Below are positions 33,520-44,406 of a stretch of 44,621 bases of DNA, in pieces; the stretch's first letter is position 1, and every line of letters begins with the position of its first letter. Under the pieces are notes generated by a model. It did not search any database and was not told where the DNA came from. It saw only the letters and a program-made list of their open reading frames with translations. The stretch covers positions 1 through 44,621 of the forward strand of contig JABLTG010000157.1 in NCBI GenBank assembly GCA_016618085.1. The letters run 5' to 3'. Origin of the DNA: Neovahlkampfia damariscottae. Taxonomy: Eukaryota. Position numbers and translations under genes: made by a program.

Positions 33520-34824
33520 TTATTTTTTTTGCTTTTTTCTTGATTTTGTTGTGTCTTCAAATTTTCTTTTTTCAGCAAATGTTTCAAAATGAAAATGAAT
33601 ATCAAAATTTTTTTCAGAAAAACTTTTCTTCATTTTGAAAATATTTTGAATTTGGAAAATTGTATGATTTTGTTTCAAATGAGTTTCAATTCTTTTGGAA
33701 TGTTCTTCATCATGACCGATTTCAAACTGAACCAAAGTTTGATTTTGGAAAAATGTTTTTTCAAGAAGTTCTATTGCATTCGGTGAGGTAAATCTGTGAT
33801 GCTCCATGTTAAATTCTCGTAAATTAGGACTGTTTAATAATAAATCTTGAATAATTTCATGATCTGTGATATCATAATTGGTGGAGACATTTAGTGAAGT
33901 CAATGTTAAATTTGTTGACAAACATTCAGTCAAATTTTTCATCGATTCATTATCTAAATATGAACTTTTGAGAACTAAAGTTTGGATAGATGTATTAAGC
34001 TTCAAAGCAGGGATGAAATGATCATAAAAAGTTTTTTTCAAATCAGAACGTCTGAGGTCGAAATGAGTCAAAGATTGAGTAGTCTTAAGAGCTTTTGAAA
34101 ATGCTTCAAGTTGATCTTTCGTTAAAATACTGATACATCTTCCCAAAACTAATGTGTGAAGCTCTGAATTTTGTTCGATAAGATAAATTAGATCAGTGAA
34201 GGATTCATCCATATTGTTACCAGAAAGTACCAAATGTTTGACACTTTTGTTAACCATAATTCCACGAAAAAGCATACTCAATGTTTTATTTGTCAAATAA
34301 TTGTCTGAAAGATCCAAATATTCCAAATTTTGATTTTGAATGACCATTTGAGAAAGTGCAGCAATTTCATGTTGCCTCATGGTGAAATTATTGGTCAAAG
34401 TAAGAGCAGTTAACCTGTTATTTTTACCAACTGAATCCATAATTTTCTCATAACCTTTCTTTGGAATGTTTAAACCGCTCAAAGAGAGTATTTTTAAGTT
34501 GTGATTTTTGTCAAGAAGGTCGGCAATTCCTTTCGCCCCTTTGTACTTCCATTCAGAGTGATTTGATATAATACCAATTTCTTCAATATATTTATTCTTT
34601 TGTAACTTATTTGTTAATTTTTCAACTTCAAACGGAGACAAATCCATGGAATTGAAAATAATTTTTATCATGGTTCCTTTTTCCAATTTTTGAAAGAGGT
34701 AATCTAATCTTTTGGAGTCTATGTCTAAATTATTCAATTTCAGTTCATAAGGGTTTTCTTTCAAAAGTTCATCAATCGCTTCTTCATCGACTGACTTGTG
34801 AAAAACGTCAAATTTAAAAGGCAT
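33520..34824 (-). CDS. RNI-like (NLRC3-type) leucine-rich repeat protein, intronless
   Basis: Repeated NxxLxxLxLxxN units (NHNLKILSLSG, NQNLEYLDLSDN, NKSVKHLVLSGN, NLTLTSLNVSTN). Confidence 0.88.
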   Translation of the reverse strand: MPFKFDVFHKSVDEEAIDELLKENPYELKLNNLDIDSKRLDYLFQKLEKGTMIKIIFNSMDLSPFEVEKLTNKLQKNKYIEEIGIISNHSEWKYKGAKGIADLLDKNHNLKILSLSGLNIPKKGYEKIMDSVGKNNRLTALTLTNNFTMRQHEIAALSQMVIQNQNLEYLDLSDNYLTNKTLSMLFRGIMVNKSVKHLVLSGNNMDESFTDLIYLIEQNSELHTLVLGRCISILTKDQLEAFSKALKTTQSLTHFDLRRSDLKKTFYDHFIPALKLNTSIQTLVLKSSYLDNESMKNLTECLSTNLTLTSLNVSTNYDITDHEIIQDLLLNSPNLREFNMEHHRFTSPNAIELLEKTFFQNQTLVQFEIGHDEEHSKRIETHLKQNHTIFQIQNIFKMKKSFSEKNFDIHFHFETFAEKRKFEDTTKSRKKQKK

Positions 34825-34858
34825 TTTCGACCAATAAAATTTTTTTATTTCACATGTG

Positions 34859-35503
34859 TTAAAAAACTTCTTTATGTTTATTTCCTTTTGAAAATTTCTT
34901 TTTTTTATTTACTTTTGTTGGTTTTGATGATTTTTTTGTGGTAACAATGACATGTGTACCTTCTTCTAATGCTTCATCTGAATCTTCATCTGAATTTTCA
35001 TCAGAATCAGAATCATTCAAAATTTTAACTTTTTTATTGTTCTTTGAATAATGAACTCTATATTCATCGTCTTGTAATTCATCTTCTGAACCTTTTTCTT
35101 TCTCATTTTCGTCTTCGTCTTCTTCTTCGTCTGAAGAAGCATTATAAACTTCTTCTGGTAATTGAATTCTTGAATTGTTATACCATGCTTTTTTACTATT
35201 ATAAGGATTCATTTTTTGTTCATTTGTTAATTTTTGATTATTGTAGGTGTTTGCGTTCATATTTTTAATGAATTGTTTTTTTTTCTTTTCTTTGTTGGCT
35301 TGAACACGTTCTAACTTTGAATTTCGTTCTTCATGTGGGTCTTTTTGAAAAGATTCCATATCATTGTACATATTCCATCTTTGGTCTTTGTCCATTGAAT
35401 AAATGGTGTATGAGTTTCCGTCCTGGTCATTGTTTGTCACTTGGACTACCTCAATTTCTGTTGTTTTGGTTTTGTTGTAGTTTGCTTTTTTGGTTTTTCC
35501 CAT
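34859..35503 (-). CDS. Hypothetical charged low-complexity protein
   Basis: 214-aa ATG-initiated ORF with acidic and basic tracts, and AATAAA shortly after the stop. Confidence 0.7.
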   Translation of the reverse strand: MGKTKKANYNKTKTTEIEVVQVTNNDQDGNSYTIYSMDKDQRWNMYNDMESFQKDPHEERNSKLERVQANKEKKKKQFIKNMNANTYNNQKLTNEQKMNPYNSKKAWYNNSRIQLPEEVYNASSDEEEDEDENEKEKGSEDELQDDEYRVHYSKNNKKVKILNDSDSDENSDEDSDEALEEGTHVIVTTKKSSKPTKVNKKKKFSKGNKHKEVF

Positions 35504-35740
35504 TGTTTGTCAATTTTTCAAAGAAATTTGTTGGCCTTTTATGCTTTGCAAAAAGTCAATCTCGGAATTGAAAATTTTGATTGGATGGTTCCAAATTGAA
35601 TATTCTATTCAACAAAATTCCTTCAATTTAAAAATTCAAAAATTCAAAAATCTAGTTACTTTCTGAATTTTTTATTTCCGGTCTTTTTTTATTGGTTCAA
35701 ACAAAGGAATAAAACAATTTGGTGTTTTGTTATGAATTCA

Positions 35741-35815
35741 AGTTAATGATGAAAGACTTTAATATTTATATATGAAAATTAAAAAAAATGATTTTTTAAA
35801 GGCGAATCTGAAACT
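35741..35815 (+). ncRNA. Candidate box C/D guide RNA (snoRNA/scaRNA)
   Basis: Box C ATGATGA 35746-35752, box D CTGA 35808-35811, terminal stem AGTT/AACT, 75 nt long. It has its own ATTGG ~50 nt upstream in an otherwise empty intergenic gap. Confidence 0.5.
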
Positions 35816-35824
35816 CCGAATTTA

Positions 35825-36241
35825 TTACAAAACAATTTTTCTTTTTTCTTTCAATTTTTCCAAGTTTTCATCTTTTTCTTTATTCAAATGAAAATTAATA
35901 TCTCTACGTTGATGTCTTTTAACACCAGGTGTTGTTGGTAATATTTTTTTTTCAACTGCTTGTTGTTGTTGAGAAGCAATTAATTTTATTTTTTTGAATA
36001 TTTTTTGTTTTTTTAGAATTTTTTTTGCCATGCTCTTTGATTCAGGAGCTGGTGTGCCATCTGCAAAAGACCAATCTGGTAATTCATATAATGGTCCTGA
36101 GTCATTTCCACATCTTTTCCAAATTTTTAACAAAAAAATTCAATTTCTTTACCTGCTTATTCCTTGTTCTAAACGAACTTTTTGACCTGCGGATAATGAT
36201 TTTGTTGTTGAAAAGCTACGTTTGATAAATTTCTTCATCAT
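35825..36241 (-). CDS. MRPL52: Mitochondrial ribosomal protein mL52-like
   Basis: Presequence then AGQKVRLEQGIS|RCGNDSGPLYELPDWSFADGTPAP, matching the mL52 signature GPLT(E/D)LPDWS(Y/F)xDGRPAP. Confidence 0.85.
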
Positions 36242-36320
36242 TTTTAAATGTCTTCTGTTTTGGAAACTAAAAACAAAGTTTGGTTGGTCAAAAAAAAAAC
36301 AGTTTTTTTTTATTCATAAG

Positions 36321-36795
36321 TTATTTTTCTTTTTCATCGGTTTCTTTATTTATTTTATTCAACAGTTGATTGATTGATGGCAATCGACTCTCTTCCAGAG
36401 TTTCTTCATTTATTTTTGATTTTTGATCATTCATGTTTTTTTGAGTTTGTTTTGGTTCATCCATTGGCTTTGACATGATTTTTTTTGGTGGCGAATTATC
36501 AATTTTATACTCCAGCACATTCAACAGGAATTTCTTTTTTGATTCTCCATCAATCCAAATGTCATCATTGTTTTTTCTTTTACGATATGGCCATCTTTTA
36601 GTTTTTAGTGAATTGAATATGTCACCTTTTTATTCCAAGATCTTTGCATTTTTGTCTAAACACATTGTGTTCAGTTTGAAATATCAATAATACTTCATGT
36701 ATTGGGAGATGAAAGTAGGTTTTTAGTTCTTCATAAGTCAACTGATGGAGACGTTCACTGTTTCCATCAATAACAGACTTATTTTTTGAAGACAT
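36321..36795 (-). CDS. RWP-RK domain transcription factor
   Basis: Spliced LTYEELKTYFHLPIHEVLLIFQTEHNVFRQKCKDLGIKR|WPYRK, with C-terminal LPSINQLL. Confidence 0.88.
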
Positions 36796-37004
36796 TTAGG
36801 TGATACAATTTTATTGGTTCAATCCTAGAGCTTTGTTTGAATTAGGAAAAGAAACAATCTTTTAGAGAAAATTAGCAGTCAATGAAATAGTAATATTCCG
36901 TTACTTTTTTTTTCCAGGTCTGTTTCACCAAATTTGGAGTATTTTTTGTTCAAAATTAAATTTAAACAAAAAAATTTCATTGGATAAAAAACAACCAATT
37001 GAAA

Positions 37005-37547
37005 ATGTTCAGAGTTACAAAGAGAATTTTGTCTGTTGCTCCAGATCCAGAATTTAAGACATGGCCTAAAAATCTTACAAGACCAGAAGATGAAATCACA
37101 ATTGACGTTTTAAAAAAAAAATACAAAAACGTTGGACCAACAGCAGCAAATCCATCACCTGCATTTAAAGTACTCTGTTTAATGAAAGGATTGAACAAAG
37201 AAAATTTTGAAGAAAAAAAATGGAACACCTATATGGGATTTGAAAAAGCACAACAATTTTATACTGAAAAACAACTTGAAGGAGGTGGTGTTGCTGGTTT
37301 TGAAGTTGGTTTATATCAAAAACTCTCTGAAATCATGGCTGTTATTGGATACGTTCTCTTATTTGTTGTTGTACCAATTTATATTTACTTGATCTGTTTC
37401 AGAAAAACAGAATTCCATAAGAAATATCAATTGTTTGAAAATACACCATTTGCTTGGAGAGGTTCACCATATGTACCAAATCCATGGGACGGTATTAAAA
37501 AACAAGAAGATGGACATTACTATTTCAAAGGTGAAAGATTAGATTAA
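37005..37547 (+). CDS. Hypothetical single-pass, probably mitochondrial, membrane protein
   Basis: CCAAT 36996, presequence-like MFRVTKRILS, and one TM segment IMAVIGYVLLFVVVPIYIYLICF. Confidence 0.7.
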   Translation: MFRVTKRILSVAPDPEFKTWPKNLTRPEDEITIDVLKKKYKNVGPTAANPSPAFKVLCLMKGLNKENFEEKKWNTYMGFEKAQQFYTEKQLEGGGVAGFEVGLYQKLSEIMAVIGYVLLFVVVPIYIYLICFRKTEFHKKYQLFENTPFAWRGSPYVPNPWDGIKKQEDGHYYFKGERLD

Positions 37548-38023
37548 AGACTTTTTTTTAAATTTATTTTATCTTGTTTTTCAATTCTAGCTAATTTTCC
37601 TTTTTGGTTATATCTTTTAAAACAAACATTTTCATCTTTTTTTGATTTTTTTGATTTTTTTTCTTTTTTCTCTTTTTTTTTTTTTTTTTCAATTTTATCG
37701 TCGTCTACTTTTACATTTTTTGATACAGTTGAATCATAAAGTTTTTCCCACCAATTATTTGAGTTGGTATTTGTTGCACCAATCTATTTATTTTTAAATT
37801 TTAATTTTTAAATTAATTTTACTCCTAAATTATCTTGTTTTTTTTTTTGACGAACAAATTCTGTCACTCCATCTCTATTTTTACCTAAACCATCACCACT
37901 TTTTTTGTTAAATTTTTAAAAAAAAAAGGTTTACGTTTTAAAACCTTGTTTTTGTAATAATTTTAAACCATATCCGCTTAATGTTGTATACTCTGTCTCA
38001 AAATGTTGTTTCGATGGATTCAT
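37544..38023 (-). CDS. G-patch domain protein (GPATCH4-like), absent from ORF track
   Basis: Spliced GYGLKLLQKQGFKT|GDGLGKNRDGVTEFVRQKKKQDNLG|IGA...NNWWEKLYD...GKLARIEKQD. Two introns. Confidence 0.85.
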
Positions 38024-38187
38024 TTGAAAATGAAGGTGAAAAAAATTTGATTGGTTCAATTAAGAACTTTTTTTCATTGGTTTATAAATTTGAATTGGCC
38101 AATCAAACTCTTGTTTTTCCACTTAAACAAAATAAAGTAAGCAAAGACAAAAAATGAGTTTAACACAAAAATAAAAGATAAATAGGA

Positions 38188-38649
38188 ATGCCTTGCTCAA
38201 ATAAAAAAGCTAACAGAAAGAAAAGAGGTAATGTATCTGCTGGACATGGTAGAATTGGTAAACACAGAAAACATCCTGGTGGTAGAGGTAATGCTGGTGG
38301 TCAACATCACATGAGAATCTGGTTTGATAAATACCATCCAGGTTACTTCGGTAAAGTTGGTATGAGACAATATTTCTCTTGGAAAAGAGGTCAAGAATGG
38401 TGTCCAACAATCAACGTTGATAGTTTATGGGCATTAGCTGGTGAAGATGCTTATAAAGCTGCACTTGAAAGACAAAAATCAGGAGACAAAAAAGCTATCG
38501 TTCTTGATGTTAGAGATAGAGGATATGCTAAAGTTTTAGGAAAAGGAAAACTTCCAAACCTTCCAATTATTGTTAGAGCAAGATTCTTTTCAAAAGACGC
38601 TGAAAAAAAAATTAAAGAAGCTGGAGGAATCTGTGAATTAAGAGCATAA
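38188..38649 (+). CDS. RPL27A: 60S ribosomal protein L27a (uL15)
   Basis: [32 protein letters not shown]...[13 protein letters not shown]. Probable 5'-UTR intron 38137-38185. Confidence 0.98.
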   Translation: MPCSNKKANRKKRGNVSAGHGRIGKHRKHPGGRGNAGGQHHMRIWFDKYHPGYFGKVGMRQYFSWKRGQEWCPTINVDSLWALAGEDAYKAALERQKSGDKKAIVLDVRDRGYAKVLGKGKLPNLPIIVRARFFSKDAEKKIKEAGGICELRA

Positions 38650-38755
38650 ATAAAACCATCAAAATCAAAAAATAATAAACAAATTTTTTACCACCGAATT
38701 AAATTCTCTCTTTAAATTCAACCCGGAACTGATTCGAAATTTTGACCAACCAAAA

Positions 38756-39590
38756 ATGAAAACTTCAAATTTGAAAGCACAAAAGAAAGCATTAGCTGCT
38801 TCACCAGATGTTTTATTAGAAGGTCATTTTTATATTCATACAGGATTCTTATTCAAAACTTGGCATTTGTATCATTGCAAGTTGATGAATACTGCTCTTG
38901 TTTGTAGAAATCATCAAAATGATAAAAGACCAAGTTTAATAATAAATTTATCAAGAGTTAGTATTTGGAATGCTGATGAAGAAACTCATGTAAAAAATTC
39001 ATGGATAATTTAGTAAAAAAAAATAAATTAAAAAAAAAAAAAGTCATCCTGAGAGATCTCCAATAATGTGCTACTCAGAACGAGAAGATGTTATGAAAAC
39101 CTGGGTTACTGCTTTGAAACAAGTCAAAAGTACTCTATCAACTTTTGATGATTCGGACATTGAAATATTTACTTCTTCTGATGATGAAGATGATGTAAAT
39201 GAGGGATATTGTAATTTTTTGACCTATAAAAAAATATCCAAATTTTTAGGATTGAGAAAATCTCATAAGTATCGTCATATTGTTGAAGTTTGAAAAAAAA
39301 AAAAATTAAAAAATTAGAATGCTGAATTTTATGATAATACAATGAACGAACAAATGAGAAGAAATTCTTCTTGTTATGATGTCTATAGTAATGAAACGAA
39401 TTGTACATTTGATGGAAAAAATTTGACAATAAATGTTAAAGTTGATGATAAGGAAACTGCAACAAAAATGATGAACCAAATGTTGACCAATTTTTCAAAT
39501 GTGACAAAAAATATAGATAAAAAGAATACAACGGAAATTGAAAAAGATTTAGAAAAAACATCTAATGAAATAAATTTAAACGAAGACTAA
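38756..39590 (+). CDS. PH-domain protein
   Basis: LLEGHFYIHTGFLFKTWHLYHCKL...MKTWVTAL. Several A-rich short introns. Confidence 0.75.
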
Positions 39591-39595
39591 AATAT

Positions 39596-40963
39596 TTATA
39601 ATAACATATTTCTGTATTTTGTATCTAAATTTTCAATCATTTCATTTAAAATTGGATCATTCATCATTAATAAATGATTTGATAAAACAAGAATATCTAA
39701 AGAGTATTCTCTTAAATGGTTTGTCATATCATTCATTTGAAATGCAATATCATCCAATGTTGTTGTGAATTCACTTTCTTTTGATTTAATTTCCACCATT
39801 GAACATTCAATATCTTCATCTAATTTAGTTCCTTTTAAAACCTATATTTTATAAATTTAATGTTTTTTTCATGTTACTTCTTCAATATTTGATTTTTCAA
39901 ATTGATTTGAAATTTTTCTTTTCTTTTGTTCATTCAATTGTGTTTCATCTTCTCTGATTCTTTTTTCAGGTTGTGGTGATGCAGGTTTTGATAATTTTTG
40001 AATAACAGCAAGTTTTTGTTGATCACTTGGTGATACTTTCTTTTCTAATTTTTGTGGTGGAATGTTTGATTTTTTTATTGAATTTTCGGGTGATGAACTT
40101 TTCTTTTGATTTAAAGATGGTGAATTTATAATTGTTGGTTTTCTATTTAATTCAAATTTATTGTTAAAAACAATAGGTTTTGGTTTTTGAAAACGTGAAT
40201 TTGAAGATGGTTTTACAATTTGACTTGAAGGTTGTTTAAACTCCTTTTCTTCTTTTGAAGTTGAATTTTGTGTTTTTGGTGATTGTTTTTCTTCTGGTGA
40301 AACTGGTCGCTTTTGACTTTCTGAAATTGAATTTTGAACTACTGAACTTTCTATTTGATCATTTATTTTATTGTTTTCTGTTGATTTTTCAGTTACTTTT
40401 TCTGTTTGAGTTTTTTCTTCAATTTTTTTATTGTTTGACGAAGATTGGTCAAATTTTGGAGTCTTGGTTTCTGTTGATGAAATTGACATGAAAATATTAT
40501 TTGACTTTTCTTTTGAATTCCTAGAAGAGTTTAAATTTGATGAAAAAATTTTTTGTTGAGAAGCTTGTTCAGAATTTGAACCAAAAAATGGAAATCCTTG
40601 ATTCTTTGGAGTATTTTTTCCATCAGAAGAACTTGCAGATGCAAAATTAAAATCCTTTTTCAATTTAGGTTCAAAAAAACTAAATTTACGAATTTCTTGT
40701 TCATCTTTGGAGGGTTTTTTTGGAAATTGAACCCTGAATCAGGTACTATTTCGCAATTACTATGCATCAGTTTTTAAAAATTGTACTCTTCAACGTTTGC
40801 TTTTCCAAAGTTTCCGTCAAAATTTAAAGGAGTAGACTTCGCAAAAATACTTTTAGACTGATAATTTAATGATAATTAATAATACAATGCTTGAATTTGA
40901 ATTGACTCCATTTTGAATTTCTTCTTTTTCTGCTGGTCGTTGTTCTGTATTTTCTTCGCTCAT
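39596..40963 (-). CDS. Hypothetical Ser/Lys/Gln-rich protein (multi-exon, structure uncertain)
   Basis: ATG 40963 with CCAAT upstream. The ORFs 39869-40663 and 39596-39799 can be linked by short introns. Confidence 0.6.
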
Positions 40964-41100
40964 TTTTGATTTGTTTATTGGAGCCAATGATTTCAGTTCA
41001 AAAAAGCAATATTCATTATGTATGATTTCTTAATAAATATAAATTTGAATTGATTAATTCCCTTTTTTTTTTGAGCCAATAAAATAGAATCCTAAAAAAG

Positions 41101-42393
41101 ATGTCTTTGTATCAACAACTCAAACAATCACAAGAAAAAAAGAAACAAACAGCAGCACCAAAGTTTTCAAAAATAAAAACTTCAAAAACAGATAAAAAAC
41201 CAAAACAAACAAAACCAGAAGAAATAATACCTGAAGTAAAAGAAACAACTGAACCAGAAGAAAAAGAACCACAAATTGAACAAGAAGAACAAGAAAAACC
41301 AAAAATAAAACAGAAACCAAAACCAAAATTAGTTCCAAAAAATAAAAAAAAAAAAAAAGATGAAGAAGAAGAAATACAAGTGAAAAAAGAAACTCAAATG
41401 GAAATCAATGAAGAAGAAGAAGAAGAAGAAGAAGAAATCAAAACTGAAAAAACAAAAAAAAGAAAAAGGTCTTCAAAAGAAGAAGATACAAAAGAAACAA
41501 AAAAAAAAGAAAAAATAACTCTTTTAGATTTCATTGAAGATTCTTACACAGGATTACCAACAAAAGCAACAGGTATTAAATTAGAAAATCAAAAGAAACA
41601 AAGAGAAAAAAGAAAAGTTCAAAAAAACAAAAGACAAAATAATCCATTTTATCAATCTGACGAAGAAGATGAAGAAGAAGAAGAAGTTATCATGAGTAAA
41701 AAAGATAAACAAATTGAATCAAAAAAATATTTTGAAAAAGAACAAGAAGAAGAACAACCAAAAGAAGAAGATTTATTTCCTCAAATTCAAATTGTAAATG
41801 GTGAAATTGTTTTAAATCAAGATTCAATTACAATTAAAAGACCTGAAGTTAATTTTGAAAAAGATTATGAAAGAATAAATGAATCACAATCAAAGAAATT
41901 TACATCTGCTACTTATGCAAGATATGGAAGAACACCAAATTGGACAAAAGAAGAAACTGATAAATTTTATGATGCATTATCACAACTAGGTACAAATTTT
42001 TCTCAAATTGCTCAATTCTTTCCAAATCGGGATCGTAGACAAATTAGAAATAAATTCAAAAAAGAAGAAAAAGAAAATAAATTAAAAGTAGAACATCATA
42101 TAAAAAATAGAAAACCATTGAATATTGAAGCTTTTCTTCAAATTTCAAAAGAAACTTTGGAAGAACGTTTAAGAGAAAAAGAAAGAGAAGAAGAAGAAAA
42201 GAGAAAAAGAGAACTTGAAGAAGAAGAAGAAGATGAATGGGATGAAATTGGAGATGATAAAGAAAAACCAAAATCAAAACCAAAGAAAATTGTTGATGAA
42301 GGTGAATATGTTGACACAGGTGAAAGTTATGTCGATTTTCAAGAAGAAGAAGATGATGACGATGATGATGATGAATTTGATGAATTAGTTTAA
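41101..42393 (+). CDS. BDP1: TFIIIB subunit B'' (Bdp1), SANT/Myb domain
   Basis: PQIQIVNGEIVLNQDS and WTKEETDKFYDALSQLGTNFSQIAQFFPNRDRRQIRNKFKKEEK. Confidence 0.92.
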   Translation: MSLYQQLKQSQEKKKQTAAPKFSKIKTSKTDKKPKQTKPEEIIPEVKETTEPEEKEPQIEQEEQEKPKIKQKPKPKLVPKNKKKKKDEEEEIQVKKETQMEINEEEEEEEEEIKTEKTKKRKRSSKEEDTKETKKKEKITLLDFIEDSYTGLPTKATGIKLENQKKQREKRKVQKNKRQNNPFYQSDEEDEEEEEVIMSKKDKQIESKKYFEKEQEEEQPKEEDLFPQIQIVNGEIVLNQDSITIKRPEVNFEKDYERINESQSKKFTSATYARYGRTPNWTKEETDKFYDALSQLGTNFSQIAQFFPNRDRRQIRNKFKKEEKENKLKVEHHIKNRKPLNIEAFLQISKETLEERLREKEREEEEKRKRELEEEEEDEWDEIGDDKEKPKSKPKKIVDEGEYVDTGESYVDFQEEEDDDDDDDEFDELV

Positions 42394-43466
42394 TCTTTTT
42401 AAGTATTCAATAATTGCAGAAAAATCTAAATTTTCAAATTCTTTTTGATTTGTCATGTCTGTAAATAAATGTTTTGTAAAATCTCCGAGAGGTAATTTTG
42501 TATTGCTTGATTTTGCCGCTTCAAGTGCTAATCCGATATCTTTTAACATTAATTTACTTCCAAAACCACCTGTATATCCTCTTGAACTTGGTACTCCTTC
42601 CATAACTCCTGGATATGGATTATAGGCTTTAAAATGTAAATAAAAGTGATTAATTACTATCTGATGACCAACAACGTCCTGTTGATGAATTAATAATTCC
42701 TGCTAATATTTTTGGATCCATTCCTAAATTTGTTCCAAGAATCATTGATTCTGAAACAGCAGCCATTGTTGTAGCCAAAAGTAAGTTATTGGAAATTTTA
42801 GCAACTTGACCCATACCTGACTTACCACAGTGAACAATATTTTTACCCATAAATTGTAAAACTTTTTCTTTTGCATCATTCACAGCTTTTTCAGTTCCAC
42901 CACACATAAATGTGAGAGTACCAGCAGCTGCTCCACCAACACCACCACTAACAGGAGCATCAATCCTTTGAAAATTATTCAATTTTTTCATTAATATGAC
43001 TTACATATCAGATTGTTGTTCACCAACTAATTTATTAACATTTTGAGCTGTTTGAGGGTCAATTGTTGAAGCATCAATAAATAATTGATTTCCTTTCATT
43101 ACTTCTTTCATACTTTCATAAACAGAAACAACACTCTTTGAAATTATTAAAACAAAAAAATTACAGCTGAAGACGGTAACATTGTGATGATAACGTCGGA
43201 TTTGGAGCAAATTTCTTGAACATTTGAACAAACAGAAGCACCTTTTGATTTTAACACTATTTTAAAAGAAAATAAGAAAATTCAAAATTTGGTTTACTTG
43301 CAACTGAATCTTGGTTCAAATCAAAAACGTGTAATTCAGAAACAGCTCCTTTTTCTAAAAGGTGAGGTGCCATATTTGCGCCCATATTTCCAAGACCTAT
43401 AAAACCACATTTTGGTTGTGAGTAATATCTGAGATATTTTTTAGAAAAAGTTTTAGTTGAGAACAT
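42385..43466 (-). CDS. HIBADH: 3-hydroxyisobutyrate dehydrogenase (mitochondrial)
   Basis: Motifs GFIGLGNMG, IITMLP, DAPVSGGVGGAAAGTLTFM, KISNN, SSTGRCWSS and GGFGSKLMLKD. Four introns. Confidence 0.95.
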
Positions 43467-43631
43467 CTGTAAAAGTGTGAAGAAGTTGTTTGGTTGGACA
43501 AATAAAAAACAAGTATTTTATTAAAAATAAAAAATCATTCAGAAACAATACTCAATAAAATATTCAAGCATTTGAATAAAAAACAACAAATTCTTTGAAA
43601 AAAAAAAATTCAAAAACATCTCAATTTGATT

Positions 43632-44406
43632 TTAGACATCATAATTTTTGATGTAGTCTTCATAAGACTTTCCTTCGCTTTTCAATTTTAAAAAAGTATC
43701 TCTCAGGACCAAGATTGTTAAAGGTTCATCAATGCTCATCATATTTACAACCCATGTCGGTATCCATCCTTTAATATCAACTGTATATTCATTTTAAATA
43801 AATTTAAATTTTACCTTGACCTATCCAAATAACAGAACATGAATTTTCATCAATTTCTTTGATGACATAACCAGATGGAAATATTTCTCCTCTTATACAA
43901 TTACTTTCATTAATTTTCTTTTTTGCTCTTTCATCAAGATATTTTTCTCCCACAGAAATGGTTGAGATGATCTAAAAAAATAATTTAAAAAAAAAAATTC
44001 AAACGTATGTTCCATTATTGATACTTCTACTTTCAAAAGTGATAAAATCTCTGGTAGAAATAAATGGTACTCCAGTTGAAAATTGAAAATAATACAATTC
44101 ATTGTTAGAATCAAATTTATGAATAAAATGACCATTCTTCCAGTGGTCGTTCCAAGTTTCTACTGTTTCAATACCTTTTGCGAAATTGAAAAAATCTTTT
44201 GCTGGAATATCTACAATAGTGTCTCCTCTAATTTGATGTATTTCTGAGTTTTCAGATTTCTTTTTATAAATTTTGATTTTTTTTGTTTCTTTCAAGAAAG
44301 TCCAATTCTCATCAATAGAATCATTTTCAATTTCCTTTATGATTTTTTTACCAAGAATATCAAATTCTTCTCTATCAAATTTTTTTTTTATTTCTTCCTG
44401 AGACAT
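43632..44406 (-). CDS. START-domain lipid-binding protein
   Basis: Motifs ENWTFLKE, ISTRDFI, VRGEIFPSGYVI and DIKGWIPTWVVN. Short introns. Confidence 0.85.
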
